From Dehalococcoidia bacterium (GTDB taxonomy: Bacteria > Chloroflexota > Dehalococcoidia > GIF9 > AB-539-J10), in contig JAWOFK010000092.1 of the NCBI GenBank assembly GCA_046497565.1, positions 836 through 64,835 of the forward strand: 64,000 nt of DNA, in the 5' to 3' direction. Under the pieces are notes generated by a model. That model saw only the letters and a list, made by a program, of their open reading frames with translations. It was not told the origin of the DNA and did not search any database. The first letter of the stretch is position 1. The number at the start of each line of letters is the position of its first letter. Below, one piece after another: positions 21,549 through 32,117 of this stretch. The position numbers and the translations under genes are program-made.

Positions 21549-23645
21549 ATGGACTTAGTCTGGATATGTGTAATCGTGGGACTCATCGGGGCGGCTGTGG
21601 TGGCATACTTTGTGCGCTATGTTCTGCGGCAAGACCAGGGCTCAGAACGGGTCAGGGAGATTTCCGGCGCCATCAAAGAAGGGGGGCTTGCTTTCATTCA
21701 CAGGGAATATCGCACACTGGCCATTGTGGTAGCCGTAATAGCCATTGTCCTGGCAATTGTCCCGGATTTAGGGTGGAGAGTAGCTGTGGCTTTTATCTTC
21801 GGCGCCGTATGTTCAATGGGTGCCGGGTACGCCGGCATGAACATGGCGCTGCGGTCCAATGGCCGGACTTGCGCTGCGGCACAGAAGGGCGTGAACCAGG
21901 GGCTGAGAGTCGCTTTCCGGGGCGGGGCAGTTATGGGACTGACGGTGGTGAGCATCGGCCTGATAGGGTTATCTATTCTCTATTTTGCCTGGCATGACCT
22001 TCCTGATTTCCGGTTCCTGTTTATCATTCCCGCTTACGGCACGGGTGCTTCACTGGTAGCTCTTTTTGCCAGGGTCGGGGGTGGGATTTTCACTAAAGGA
22101 GCGGATGCCGGCTCTGACCTGGTGGGGAAGGTGGAGGCGGGGATACCGGAGGATGACCCCAGGAATGCCGCAGTCATAGCGGATAACGTGGGCGACAATG
22201 TCGGCGATGTATGCGGCATGGGTGGTGACCTGTTTGAGTCCTATGTGCAAACCGTTATCGCCACCATGACGCTGACAACGGTCGGCGTCATAGTAGCACC
22301 GTGGCTGACAGGAATGCTTTTTCCTACACTTGCGGTGGAGGATGCTCTACGACATGCCTGGTGGCTGCCTATGTTGATCATGGCCGGAGGCATCATTGCT
22401 TCCGTGATTGGCTGTTTCCTGGTCAGAATCGGGGAAAAGCTGGAAATGAGTGCCCTCCTGGGCGCTTTACGCCGCGGCACACTCGGGGCCACAATACTGG
22501 CGGCAATATTCGGCTTTCTGGTTATTTATTTCCTCGATGCCAGTCTGGGTCTCTTCTGGGCGATGTTTGCCGGCCTCGTAGCCGGTGCCTTGATAGGGGA
22601 GAGCACGAATTACTTCACTTCCTATGCCTTCAAGCCGACGCAGGAAATCTCTGAAGCCTCTACTACCGGTGCTGGCGCGACCGTAATTCGAGGCTTTGCC
22701 ACCGGCCTGATGAGCACATGGCCACCGGTAGTCTTGATAGCCATAGCGATTGTGGTAGCCTTTCAGTTCGGCAGCTTCTACGGTGTGGCCTTAGCTTGCG
22801 TTGGCATGTTGTCTACCCTGGGCGTGACGCTGGCTACCGATGCTTACGGGCCTGTAGCCGACAATGCCGGAGGTATCACCACCCAGGCCGGGCTACCGGA
22901 CGAAGTGCGTGAGAGGACCGATGCCCTTGATTCTCTGGGTAACACCACGGCAGCCACGGGCAAGGGATTTGCCATCGGTGCTGCGGCTATGAATTCATTG
23001 GGCCTGATTCTGGCCTACTCTATGGCGGTGGGGATAGTGACAATCTCACAGGGCAGATTAGTATTGCCTGAGGCATTGAGCCTGTTAAGTGTGCCGGTTA
23101 TCGTGGGTCTGCTTCTGGGCGCTTTGATGCCTCCCGTCTTCTGTGCCATGACCATGAAGGCGGTGGGTGTAACTACGGCGGCGATTATAGATGAAGTCCG
23201 CCGCCAGTGGCGCGAGATAAAGGGCCTGATGGAGGGGACAGCCCGGCCCGAATATGGCAAGTGCGTGGATATTGCCACCAGGATAGCGTTGAAGCAAATG
23301 CTGCTTCCTTCGATAATGACGATAGTCGCACCTGTCATCGTGGGAATAGTTCTGGGCAGATATGCCCTGGCCGGCTTTCTTATCGGTGCCCTGGTTACCG
23401 GTCTCGTTCTGGCTATCACCCTGAACAACGCCGGGGGCGCCTGGGATAATGCCAAGAAGTGGATTGAGTCCGGCAAGTTTGGTGGCAAGGGCTCGGAGGC
23501 TCATAAGGCAGGTGTCGTCGGAGACACAGTCGGTGACCCCATGAAGGACACTGCCGGACCATCCTTGAACATAATGCTCAAGCTGATGTCGGTCATCGCA
23601 CTGATGCTGGCGCCGGTGTTGACGCATTTTACCGGTCTGATTTAA
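21549..23645 (+). CDS. hppA: Membrane-bound proton/sodium-translocating pyrophosphatase
   Basis: 698 aa polytopic protein with M-PPase motifs ([52 protein letters not shown]). Confidence 0.95.
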   Translation: MDLVWICVIVGLIGAAVVAYFVRYVLRQDQGSERVREISGAIKEGGLAFIHREYRTLAIVVAVIAIVLAIVPDLGWRVAVAFIFGAVCSMGAGYAGMNMALRSNGRTCAAAQKGVNQGLRVAFRGGAVMGLTVVSIGLIGLSILYFAWHDLPDFRFLFIIPAYGTGASLVALFARVGGGIFTKGADAGSDLVGKVEAGIPEDDPRNAAVIADNVGDNVGDVCGMGGDLFESYVQTVIATMTLTTVGVIVAPWLTGMLFPTLAVEDALRHAWWLPMLIMAGGIIASVIGCFLVRIGEKLEMSALLGALRRGTLGATILAAIFGFLVIYFLDASLGLFWAMFAGLVAGALIGESTNYFTSYAFKPTQEISEASTTGAGATVIRGFATGLMSTWPPVVLIAIAIVVAFQFGSFYGVALACVGMLSTLGVTLATDAYGPVADNAGGITTQAGLPDEVRERTDALDSLGNTTAATGKGFAIGAAAMNSLGLILAYSMAVGIVTISQGRLVLPEALSLLSVPVIVGLLLGALMPPVFCAMTMKAVGVTTAAIIDEVRRQWREIKGLMEGTARPEYGKCVDIATRIALKQMLLPSIMTIVAPVIVGIVLGRYALAGFLIGALVTGLVLAITLNNAGGAWDNAKKWIESGKFGGKGSEAHKAGVVGDTVGDPMKDTAGPSLNIMLKLMSVIALMLAPVLTHFTGLI

Positions 23646-23663
23646 TAGCCGAGGTAATTTCTT

Positions 23664-23703
23664 AACATGGCCACGCCCCGCCATGTCGGGTCGTGGCTAT
23701 GTT
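23664..23703 (+). terminator. Long hairpin downstream of hppA (possible terminator)
   Basis: AACATGGCCACG (23664-23675) pairs with CGTGGCTATGTT (23692-23703) with one mismatch. There is an inner CCCG/CGGG stem. The hairpin has no adjacent U-run; one occurs about 35 nt later. Confidence 0.35.
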
Positions 23704-23740
23704 GCTTCGACTCGCTGAACACTCTCGTTAACCCGCTTTT

Positions 23741-23770
23741 TTGAGAGGCATCCGCTATTGGTGCTAGAAT
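23741..23770 (+). promoter_or_regulatory. Promoter candidate for uvrA (extended -10)
   Basis: TTGAGA (23741-23746), 18-nt spacer, TGcTAGAAT (23762-23770). The -10 ends 7 nt before the uvrA ATG. Confidence 0.45.
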
Positions 23771-23777
23771 AGGATTT

Positions 23778-26633
23778 ATGCCGGATGTCATATTCATTAA
23801 GGGTGCCAGAGAGCACAACCTCAAGAATATAGATGTCGTCATCCCCCGCAATAGACTGGTGGTTATCACCGGGGTTTCCGGCTCAGGCAAAAGCTCTCTG
23901 GCCTTCGATACCATATATGCCGAGGGGCAGCGCCGCTACGTAGAGTCTCTGTCGGCCTATGCCCGCCAGTTCCTGGGGCAGATGCAGAAACCGGACGTTG
24001 ACTACATTGAAGGGTTGAGCCCGGCCATATCCATTGACCAGAAAGGTTCGCCTCATAACCCGAGGTCTATCGTGGGGACGGTGACTGAAATCTACGATTA
24101 TTTGCGGCTTCTGTTTGCCCGCATCGGACACCCGCACTGCCCCGAATGCGGAAGGGCCGTCTCGCGTCAGACAGTGCAGCAGATTGTCGACGCCGTCCAG
24201 GAGATACCCGAAGGCAGCCGCATCATGATTCTGGCACCGCTGGTCAGGGACCGCAAGGGCGAGCATCAGGCGATATTCAAGGACTTGCAGAAGGCCGGCT
24301 TTGTCAGGGTTCGAGTTGACGGGCAAATCCATGACCTATCCGAGGAATTGCAGTTGGACAAAAACAAGAAACATACCATAGAGGTGGTAGTCGACAGGCT
24401 ACAGATAGAGAAAGATGAGAACGCCACCCGGCTGGCTGACTCCATTGAAACGGCCTTGAAACTGGGGTTGGGTGTGGTGTTGGTCAAGGTCATCGACGGC
24501 GAGGAGTCGCTTTACTCGGAGCATTTCGCCTGTGTTTATTGCGGCCTGAGCCTGGGGGAGATTGCTCCCAGAACCTTCAGTTTCAACAGCCCTTATGGAG
24601 CTTGCCCTGCTTGCACAGGTCTGGGCTGCAACCTGGAGATTGACCCTAACCTGGCCATCCCCGATAAGAGATTGAGCCTGGCCGAAGGAGCTATCCAGCC
24701 CTGGGCAAGAAACGGCCAGCTCAAGCCCTGGTACGACAGCATACTGAAATCCCTGAGTCGCCGCTACGGTTTTTCTTTGTCGACGCCAGTCAAGGACCTG
24801 AGCGGGGAATCACTGGGTGTGATTCTGTATGGTGATGGGGGTGAACCGGTTCTCGCCACATACGAAGACCGCTATGGCAGAGTGCGCCAGTACTACACAA
24901 ATTTCGAAGGTGTCATACCACACCTTGAGCGCCGCTACCGGGAGACAGATTCTGATAGTATCAGGGCAGATATTGAGCGCTATATGGCATCTATTCCCTG
25001 TCCCGCCTGCCAGGGGAAGAGACTGAAGCCAGAGTCTTTAGCTGTCACCATTATGGGCAAAAATATTATGGATGTCACTGCCCTGCCGGTCACGAGGGCT
25101 TTGGACTGGGCGGAACAGTTGGGTGGCGAAATCAGTCCCCGGGAACTGGCCATAGCCAGGCAGATTATCAAGGAGATTCATGCCCGGCTGGGCTTTCTCA
25201 GAAACATAGGTCTGGGCTATTTGACTCTGGACCGTCCTTCGTCGACATTGAGCGGTGGTGAGGCTCAGAGAATTCGCCTGGCTACCCAGATTGGCAGCGG
25301 GCTTACCGGTGTCCTTTATATCTGTGATGAGCCCACGGTGGGCCTGCACCCTGCCGATGGCTCCCGGCTTATAACCACGCTGAAGCGTCTCAGAGACCTG
25401 GATAACACTTTGATCATTGTGGAGCACGATGAGGCTGTGATGAGAGCCGCTGACCACATTATCGACATGGGGCCCGGGGCCGGTAAACAGGGAGGAGAAG
25501 TTGTTGCTACAGGGACACTCCAGGATATAATGGACTGTCCTCGGTCAATAACGGGACAGTATCTCAGCAAGACGAGGGAAATTCCCCTGCCGCAGGAACG
25601 CCGCCCGGGCTCAGGAAAAGAACTGGTAATCAGAGGTGCCAGAGAGAATAACCTGAAGAACATCGACAGCCATATCCCGCTGGGCAAGTTTGTCTGCATT
25701 ACCGGCGTTTCCGGCAGTGGCAAGAGTTCCCTCATCAACGAAGTCCTGTATAAAAGGCTGGCCCGGCTCCTCTATCGAGCCAGGGAAAGGCCGGGCGAAT
25801 GTGATAGTATCGCTGGCACTGAGCACATCGATAAGGTGGTCAACATCGACCAATCACCGATTGGCCGCACTCCGCGCAGCAATGCGGCTACATATACCGG
25901 AACATTCACCCCTATTCGAGAACTTTTCGCCACTGTTCCTGAAGCCAGGGTGCGTGGTTATGTTCAGGGGCGTTTCTCCTTCAACATAAAAGGGGGAAGG
26001 TGCGAAGCCTGTCAGGGGGCGGGCTACGTTCAGATAGAGATGCAATTCCTGCCCAATGTCACCGTCCCCTGCGAGGTGTGCAAAGGAAAGAGGTACAATC
26101 GTGAAGCGCTGGAAATTCAGTTTAAGGGGAAAAACATCGCCGAAATCCTTGGCATGACGGTGGACGAGGCTTTGCTTTTCTTCGACCACTTCCCTAGAGT
26201 CAGGAACAAGTTGGAGACCTTGCGGGATGTGGGTTTGGGGTATATTTGCCTGGGGCAGCCGGCGCCGACCCTTTCCGGGGGCGAGGCCCAGCGGGTAAAA
26301 TTGGCCACCGAGCTATCCCGTCGCTCTACCGGCAGAACTCTTTACATACTGGATGAGCCGACTACCGGCCTGTCTTTCTCAGATATTGCCTGTCTCCTGA
26401 AGGTGTTACAGCGCCTGGTGGACTATGGGAATACAGTAGTCGTCATTGAGCACCAACTTGATGTAATCAAGAATGCTGACTGGGTTATTGACCTCGGTCC
26501 CGGAGCTGGTGACGATGGCGGCTACCTTGTGGCTGCCGGCACGCCTGAGGAGTTGGCGCAGAACGGTGGCTCTTCCACAGGGCAGTATCTACGTGGTATA
26601 TTACTGAGGCAGTGGGAGCAGGTAGCGACATGA
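23778..26633 (+). CDS. uvrA: Excinuclease ABC subunit A
   Basis: 951 aa with two ABC ATPase modules ([10 protein letters not shown] twice, LSGGEAQR twice), zinc-finger Cys pairs, and the N-terminus [12 protein letters not shown]. Confidence 0.95.
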   Translation: MPDVIFIKGAREHNLKNIDVVIPRNRLVVITGVSGSGKSSLAFDTIYAEGQRRYVESLSAYARQFLGQMQKPDVDYIEGLSPAISIDQKGSPHNPRSIVGTVTEIYDYLRLLFARIGHPHCPECGRAVSRQTVQQIVDAVQEIPEGSRIMILAPLVRDRKGEHQAIFKDLQKAGFVRVRVDGQIHDLSEELQLDKNKKHTIEVVVDRLQIEKDENATRLADSIETALKLGLGVVLVKVIDGEESLYSEHFACVYCGLSLGEIAPRTFSFNSPYGACPACTGLGCNLEIDPNLAIPDKRLSLAEGAIQPWARNGQLKPWYDSILKSLSRRYGFSLSTPVKDLSGESLGVILYGDGGEPVLATYEDRYGRVRQYYTNFEGVIPHLERRYRETDSDSIRADIERYMASIPCPACQGKRLKPESLAVTIMGKNIMDVTALPVTRALDWAEQLGGEISPRELAIARQIIKEIHARLGFLRNIGLGYLTLDRPSSTLSGGEAQRIRLATQIGSGLTGVLYICDEPTVGLHPADGSRLITTLKRLRDLDNTLIIVEHDEAVMRAADHIIDMGPGAGKQGGEVVATGTLQDIMDCPRSITGQYLSKTREIPLPQERRPGSGKELVIRGARENNLKNIDSHIPLGKFVCITGVSGSGKSSLINEVLYKRLARLLYRARERPGECDSIAGTEHIDKVVNIDQSPIGRTPRSNAATYTGTFTPIRELFATVPEARVRGYVQGRFSFNIKGGRCEACQGAGYVQIEMQFLPNVTVPCEVCKGKRYNREALEIQFKGKNIAEILGMTVDEALLFFDHFPRVRNKLETLRDVGLGYICLGQPAPTLSGGEAQRVKLATELSRRSTGRTLYILDEPTTGLSFSDIACLLKVLQRLVDYGNTVVVIEHQLDVIKNADWVIDLGPGAGDDGGYLVAAGTPEELAQNGGSSTGQYLRGILLRQWEQVAT

Positions 26634-27190
26634 ACCCAAAGCTAGACAGGGAGAAGATTCTCGATTCCATTTACATCAATGTTCAGGATGGGAACACGAT
26701 CAAGCATATGCTGGCCACCGAGGCAATCATGCGCAGTTTGGCCAGAGAGCTTGGAGAGGACGAGGAAGAGTGGGGGCTTACCGGGCTCGTTCATGATATA
26801 GACATAGAACTGGTCAAGGATGATATGAGCAGCCATAGCAGATTGGGCGCCGACATAGCCGAGGAACTGGGAGCCAGTGAGACTATGGTCCATGCCATTT
26901 TGTGTCATAACGAAGCTCATGATATTCCCCGGGAAACGAAACTGGATAGGGCACTCTTTTGCGCTGACCTCCTGAGTGAGGTCGTCACCGATGCCAGTCT
27001 GGTCCGCCCCGAAAAACTAAGCGGGTTGACCGCCACATCGGTAATGAAGGGTCTCCGCGACAAGAGCTTTGCCGCTGAAGTTGATTGGGAGCAACTGGCT
27101 CAGTGCCAGGAAATCGGAATGGAGCTGGAAGAGTTCATCAGCCTGGGAATCGAAGCAATGAAGGGAGTTGCTTCAGAGCTGGACCTGTGA
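26630..27190 (+). CDS. HD/HDIG-domain phosphohydrolase
   Basis: Start set to the ATG at 26630, which forms an ATGA overlap with the uvrA stop. HD signature ([11 protein letters not shown]) and later H...D residues. Confidence 0.7.
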   Translation: MNPKLDREKILDSIYINVQDGNTIKHMLATEAIMRSLARELGEDEEEWGLTGLVHDIDIELVKDDMSSHSRLGADIAEELGASETMVHAILCHNEAHDIPRETKLDRALFCADLLSEVVTDASLVRPEKLSGLTATSVMKGLRDKSFAAEVDWEQLAQCQEIGMELEEFISLGIEAMKGVASELDL

Positions 27191-27823
27191 CATCTGCTCC
27201 AGGCCTTTGACAGCATCAAGGAGACTCTCAAAAGGCTTACAATTCAGATTGTTTTCTCTGCAATGTGCCAGCAGTTCGCCCGTGGCAAAGACATGATGGG
27301 CGTATCTTGCCGGGGCGACATCGGAGTCGCCGTTTCCCATGTATATGACCCTGTACCCCAGCTTTAGAAATGACCGGATGTACGCCTCTTTGAAACCGTC
27401 CTCCAGTCGCTGGCCATCAGGCCCTATGTACTGGACTCTCATCCCTTCGGGGTGAAAGGAAGTTTGCGCTGCATGCACTTCGATGTCTTCCAGGCCCAGG
27501 TCTGCCAGGATGGCATTTATGTAGAAATCCAGGCCATTACTAACGATGACAAACCTGAAGCCTTTTCTCAGGCAGTAATTCACCAGTTCCCGAAACCCGG
27601 CCCGCACCTTAACCTTACCTTTCAGGGCCTCGAGTAGCGCAGGTTTATCGGCTTTGACTATAGCAAAAGCCGCGGTGTTGAACTGCCCTACAGATATGCG
27701 GTGCTCCTTATACTCTCGCAGTAATCGTCGCCAGTCTCCCTCGGCGAAGGCATCCAGAAGAAAGAAGCTGGCATCTTTTTCGGTGATTGTCCCGTCGAAA
27801 TCACATTGAACTAAGGTTTGCAT
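27173..27823 (-). CDS. HAD-IB family phosphatase (MtnX-like)
   Basis: Start set to M10 (MQTLVQCDFDGTIT, the HAD motif I). Motif III-like GNGDSD. Its 3' end overlaps the convergent HD gene by 18 nt. Confidence 0.75.
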   Translation of the reverse strand: MQTLVQCDFDGTITEKDASFFLLDAFAEGDWRRLLREYKEHRISVGQFNTAAFAIVKADKPALLEALKGKVKVRAGFRELVNYCLRKGFRFVIVSNGLDFYINAILADLGLEDIEVHAAQTSFHPEGMRVQYIGPDGQRLEDGFKEAYIRSFLKLGYRVIYMGNGDSDVAPARYAHHVFATGELLAHCRENNLNCKPFESLLDAVKGLEQMSQVQL

Positions 27824-28122
27824 TATCTCAATCCAGGCGCGACGGGGCAATGGTCAGAACCCGTCACGTGTAACCACTCCTTCTTACTCTGTGCCAAGGA
27901 GCAACAGATTATACCATACCGTTCCAGGCTGCCAAACGCTGGCGGGAAGGCCGTCACCGCACGAGTGCTTGCCTGCCTGGTGTATAGAAGCGAAGCGGTG
28001 CCGGGTCCATTGCACTGCCCGATGGGCTGTTGATTCTTCCCTCTGTCCCGGCAGAGTCGAGGTCCCAAGGTCCTGCTTCCTCCTGGCTTGAGTTGTCAGT
28101 ATCCGTGAAAACTGCTAGATTG

Positions 28123-29241
28123 ATGCTCATGTCTTACCATCGCATAGTGGCTAAATTCGGTACCAGTCTGCTTACCTCGGGCAGCGACCAACTCGATCTG
28201 CAAGTTATGTCCAGCCTGGTGGAACAGATAGCACGACTTCACCGCCAGGGAAGGGAGATAGTAATCATCTCTTCCGGGGCTATTGCGTCGGGAAGACAGA
28301 AGCTCAAGGGGGTTCCAGAGCGCAGGAATACTCCCTTCAAACAAGTCCTGGCTTCGGTAGGGCAGGGCTACCTGATGCACACCTATGAACAGCTTTTCAG
28401 TCAGTATGACATAACCGTAGCCCAGGCATTGCTCACGAAGGAAGACCTCTGTGACCGTAGCGGCTATCTTAACGCTCGTAATACCCTGCTGACGCTACTG
28501 GAACTTGACATAATCTGCATTGTCAATGAGAATGACGTTGTCGCCATTGATGAGATTAAGGAGCTGAAGTTCGGGGATAATGATAATCTTTCTGCCCTGG
28601 TAGCGAACCTGGTTGACGCTGACCTTCTGGCGGTACTCACCAATATCGGTGGCTTGTACACCGCCGACCCACGCTACAATCCTCAAGCTCAACTCATTCG
28701 CCGGGTAGACAGGATTGATGGCGAAATTGAGCGCATGGCTGGCAATGCGGCTGGCCGCCAGGGGACCGGCGGCATGAAGACCAAGATTGAAGCGGCCAGG
28801 CTAGCCATCTCTTGTGGGGTCAACGTGGTCATTGCCGATGGGCGGGAACCTGACGTATTGGTGAGGATGAGCCAGGGAGAAGACATAGGTACTCTCTTTC
28901 CCACGCAGGTAAACAAGATGGAGAGCAAGAAGCGGTGGATGCTCAGCGGCCTGGCTTCCAAGGGAAAGATTACGGTTGACAGGGGCGCTGTTTCGGCTCT
29001 CAGGACGCAGAATAAGAGCTTGCTCCCCGCGGGGGTTATTGGAGCGAATGGAGAATTTCAGCGCGGCGATATTGTGGATATCCTGGGCGAGCAGGGCAAA
29101 CCCATTGGCTATGGTATTGTCAACTATAGCTCTTCTGATTTAGCTGTCATCGGAGGGAAGCATTCCGATAGAATCACCGGCCTGCTCGGCTACGACCATG
29201 GCGACGAGGTAATTCACAGGAATAATATGGTGCTGGTGTGA
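28123..29241 (+). CDS. proB: Glutamate 5-kinase with C-terminal PUA domain
   Basis: IVAKFGTSLLT N-terminal kinase signature, VNENDVVA, GTGGMKTKIEAA, and a PUA-like C-terminus. The start is either 28123 or 28129; the TTG at 28030 was rejected. Confidence 0.9.
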   Translation: MLMSYHRIVAKFGTSLLTSGSDQLDLQVMSSLVEQIARLHRQGREIVIISSGAIASGRQKLKGVPERRNTPFKQVLASVGQGYLMHTYEQLFSQYDITVAQALLTKEDLCDRSGYLNARNTLLTLLELDIICIVNENDVVAIDEIKELKFGDNDNLSALVANLVDADLLAVLTNIGGLYTADPRYNPQAQLIRRVDRIDGEIERMAGNAAGRQGTGGMKTKIEAARLAISCGVNVVIADGREPDVLVRMSQGEDIGTLFPTQVNKMESKKRWMLSGLASKGKITVDRGAVSALRTQNKSLLPAGVIGANGEFQRGDIVDILGEQGKPIGYGIVNYSSSDLAVIGGKHSDRITGLLGYDHGDEVIHRNNMVLV

Positions 29242-29400
29242 ATAGCGGAAAAATGTGCAAGACAACTGCAAAAGAACGCTGATGGGAGGCAAATGCTCAG
29301 GATTTGTATGTGATGCGTCATGGTTTATTGAAAAGGAAAAAAGGGAAATCGGGGTTGAAGACATAATAGTCTTTCAAAGAGCAAGGAAGGAGAACGAACT

Positions 29401-30708
29401 ATGGAACCAGCCGTAAGAGAACTGGAGGAGAAGGGCAGGGCAGCTAAGGCGGCTTCCAGGAAGCTGGCGTTTCTTGCTACGGAGGTCAAGAACAAGGCTT
29501 TGCTCAATATTGCTGAAGCTCTTGTCGATAAGCAAGATGAAATCCTGGCTGCCAACAAGATTGACTACGAGGAAGCGAGAGCTTCAGGCATGGACGAAGC
29601 CATGCTCGACAGGCTCATGCTGTCGCCATCCCGCCTCGAAGGCATGGCTGAGGATGTAAAGACGGTGGCGGCGCTGGCCGACCCCGTGGGAGAGATGTTT
29701 GACATGCGGACTCTGCCCAACGGCTTGCAGATAGGCAAGAAGCGAGTCCCCCTGGGAGTTATCGGGGCAATATACGAGAGCCGCCCCAATGTCACCATAG
29801 ATATTTCAAGCCTGTGCCTTAAATCGGGCAACGCCGTCATCCTCCGCGGTGGCAGGGAAACCATAAATTCCAACACTGCCCTGGCCAGGGTAGCCGGGGA
29901 GGCCTGCGACCAGGCCGGGGTGCCCGAGGGGGCCATACAGCTTGTTGAGTCCACGGAACGGGCTCTGGTCAACCATATGCTCAAGATGAAGGGAATAATC
30001 GACCTGATAATCCCGCGCGGCGGCGCCGGCCTGATAAGGCTTATCTCGGACAATGCCGCTATGCCAGTAATTACGGGTGGCATAGGTGTTTGCCATACCT
30101 ATGTGGACAAGAGTGCCGACCTGAACAAGGCTGTGGCCATCGCCTATAACGCCAAGGTCCAGCGTCCCACCGTGTGCAATGCCCTCGATTGCATCCTGGT
30201 CCATAATCAGATTGCTCAAGCTTACCTGCCGGCTATTGCCAGAGAGTGGGCCAGGGTCGGGGTGGAAATGCACTGCGACAAGCGAGCTCTGGCTATCCTC
30301 AAGTCCACCCTCACCTCTCACTCTCACTTCAAGGGAGAGGGTTTGGGTGAGGGAATAGTCCCGGCCACAGATGAAGACTGGGGAAAGGAATACCTGTCGC
30401 TAAACGCTGCGGTTAAGGTGGTTGACTCGCTGGACGAAGCTTTGGAGCACATTGAGAGGTACGGCTCGGGGCACTCCGAAGCCATCGTCACCGAGGACTA
30501 CTCAGCGGCGATGCGCTTTCTCAATGAAGTGGACGCAGCCTGTGTCTATGCCAATGCCAGCACCCGTTTCACCGACGGGAGCCAGTTTGGGCTAGGTGCT
30601 GAGATAGGTATAAGCACGCAGAAATTTCACGCCCGGGGTCCCATGGCACTGAAAGAGCTAACCAGCTATAAGTGGATCGTCCTGGGCAGCGGACAGGTCC
30701 GGCCTTAG
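29401..30708 (+). CDS. proA: Gamma-glutamyl phosphate reductase carrying an in-frame repeat-derived insertion
   Basis: ALDH-fold ProA blocks are present (GVIGAIYESRPNVT, NASTRFTDGSQFGLGAEIGISTQKFHARGPM). The extra low-complexity segment TLTSHSHFKGEGLGEG is encoded by repeat A1. Confidence 0.9.
   Translation: MEPAVRELEEKGRAAKAASRKLAFLATEVKNKALLNIAEALVDKQDEILAANKIDYEEARASGMDEAMLDRLMLSPSRLEGMAEDVKTVAALADPVGEMFDMRTLPNGLQIGKKRVPLGVIGAIYESRPNVTIDISSLCLKSGNAVILRGGRETINSNTALARVAGEACDQAGVPEGAIQLVESTERALVNHMLKMKGIIDLIIPRGGAGLIRLISDNAAMPVITGGIGVCHTYVDKSADLNKAVAIAYNAKVQRPTVCNALDCILVHNQIAQAYLPAIAREWARVGVEMHCDKRALAILKSTLTSHSHFKGEGLGEGIVPATDEDWGKEYLSLNAAVKVVDSLDEALEHIERYGSGHSEAIVTEDYSAAMRFLNEVDAACVYANASTRFTDGSQFGLGAEIGISTQKFHARGPMALKELTSYKWIVLGSGQVRP
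30308..30353. repeat. Family-A palindromic repeat, copy A1 (inside proA)
   Basis: Outer arms CCCTCACC/GGTGAGGG, inner arms CTCTC/GAGAG. The core GGGAGAGGGTTnnGGTGAGG is shared with 35420-35467 and 38177-38225 on the opposite strand. Confidence 0.7.
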
Positions 30709-30817
30709 CCTCCGTGTCACTGGTGAAGCAAAGAAAGTAACAGTCTTGTGATACAATTATGTTATATTACCGTATGTGAGAGCAAGAATCGTTCAGTTCC
30801 ATTTGAGGTGATAATAA

Positions 30818-31423
30818 GTGTCAGTTGTGCTGATTCTGTCCAGCTACCTGCTTGGGTCTATCCCATCTGCTTATATCGCTGGCCGACTGTCTAAGGGGAT
30901 AGACATCAGGAATTTCGGCGACGGCAACGTGGGGGCGGGCAACGCTTACCGGGTAATAAAGCCTGCCGCCGGTGTGGCTGTTTTCATGGCCGATGCCTCG
31001 AAGGGAGCAATAGCAGTCCTGGTAGCGCAAGCCTTTGGTTCGCAACCTGTAGCTCTCCTTGCTGGTTTCGCTGTGGTGGCAGGTCACAATTGGCCTGTCT
31101 ATATTGGTTTCCGAGGTGGGATAGGACAGTCGACGACCATAGGTATCTTATGTGCCTTATTGCCGCAGGCGATGGGTATTCTGCTGGCGGCCAGCGTCAT
31201 ACCTTTTTTTGTCATGCGCAACCGAATGCTGGCGGGCCTCATCCAGTTTGCGCCCCTGTGGTTTGCAGCCTTACTCCTGGGAGCCCCGGGGTTGTTAGTT
31301 GCTTACAGCATTGTACTACCCTGTTTAATGGGTTTTAGGTATCTGCAAACTGCCAAACGTCGCCGCATGATGTTAGCTAGAACACTGGCTCTGACTGATG
31401 AGGATGTGCATCAAGGAGCTTAA
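30818..31423 (+). CDS. plsY: Glycerol-3-phosphate acyltransferase PlsY
   Basis: GTG start 7 nt after GAGGTG. The product (LLGSIPSAYIAG...GDGNVGAGNA...AGHNWPVYIGFRGG) matches the PlsY pattern. Confidence 0.9.
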   Translation: MSVVLILSSYLLGSIPSAYIAGRLSKGIDIRNFGDGNVGAGNAYRVIKPAAGVAVFMADASKGAIAVLVAQAFGSQPVALLAGFAVVAGHNWPVYIGFRGGIGQSTTIGILCALLPQAMGILLAASVIPFFVMRNRMLAGLIQFAPLWFAALLLGAPGLLVAYSIVLPCLMGFRYLQTAKRRRMMLARTLALTDEDVHQGA

Positions 31424-31450
31424 GCGTTTGTATCTTTGTAGATAGACCGA

Positions 31451-32077
31451 TTAGCACGAGTGGTATAGTCGCAGGAATTCATCTATGGAGAGCCAGATTG
31501 CCTTTACCTTCAATGGTTTGTGAGATACTTTGTACCTCCTGACACAGCTGACACGGTAGACCTGCATTAACCCTGTGATGTAACGCAGAGCAAGCTTCAT
31601 CCTCAGGGTGTTCGACAAGTCAATCACCTGGAATCCCAATCGCTTGGCGGGAGTGTGAAGGACGGTCCACCCGTACACTGCAATGACGCCGCCATATTTG
31701 CCATCGGCCACCTGTGCGGCCAGTAGCCTGAAGCCATCCTTGAAGTAACGGGTGAGTCCGTGTGGGAAAACCGCCGTTCGTGACCCCGGGTCTGACTGCC
31801 GCTGCTGGTCGAACCAAGCGTTGTTGAAGTGCAACTTTATGACAGGGTCGCCGGGCCTGACTTCACAGCCGTCCGACAGCTTCACGGCCTGGCCCTTGTG
31901 ACGTCTTAGCTCAACGCAGATTAAGCTGCTGCTTCCCCCGAGGGACTTAACGCCCAGGGCTATCGTGTAAACCTTGTGTATGATTGGTAACAGGGGGCGT
32001 ACGATAGGCCCTAGTAGAAGCGATATTAGGTGATTTCTGCGGGACTCCTTTCTTTGCACCATTTGGTTATGCCTCAT
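31451..32077 (-). CDS. Uncharacterised protein, YkoP-like by recollection
   Basis: 208 aa. The pattern LRRHKGQAVKLSDGCEVRPGDPVIKLHFNN ... RLGFQVIDL resembles the YkoP family as I remember it. It lies downstream of the adenylating enzyme gene. Confidence 0.4.
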   Translation of the reverse strand: MRHNQMVQRKESRRNHLISLLLGPIVRPLLPIIHKVYTIALGVKSLGGSSSLICVELRRHKGQAVKLSDGCEVRPGDPVIKLHFNNAWFDQQRQSDPGSRTAVFPHGLTRYFKDGFRLLAAQVADGKYGGVIAVYGWTVLHTPAKRLGFQVIDLSNTLRMKLALRYITGLMQVYRVSCVRRYKVSHKPLKVKAIWLSIDEFLRLYHSC

Positions 32078-32117
32078 CTACGGACTTAGCTCGCTGCGAC
32101 GCCAGTCGACCTGGCTG

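Noticed and set aside
23707-23740. Possible LexA/SOS box upstream of uvrA (GAACACTCTCGTTAAC)
   Set aside because: The half-site spacing (GAAC-N6-GTT) does not fit the GAAC-N4-GTTC Cheo-box type. I do not know the LexA motif for this lineage.
27851-28122. GC-rich 270-nt divergent spacer upstream of proB with overlapping pseudo-ORFs on both strands; considered as a structured ncRNA or riboswitch
   Set aside because: I can see local stems (CCAGGC/GCCTGG at 27924-27980, GCCGGG/CCCGGC at 28000-28052, GCCC-gat-GGGC). However, I found no match to the conserved cores I remember for SRP RNA, the cobalamin riboswitch, T-box, RNase P, tmRNA or 6S RNA. A covariance-model scan (Rfam/Infernal) would be needed, and a significant hit would overturn this rejection.
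28030-28122. Track start (TTG at 28030) for proB, giving a 31-aa N-terminal extension
   Set aside because: The extension has no counterpart in glutamate 5-kinases. The family N-terminus (RIVAKFGTS) begins right after the ATG codons at 28123/28129.
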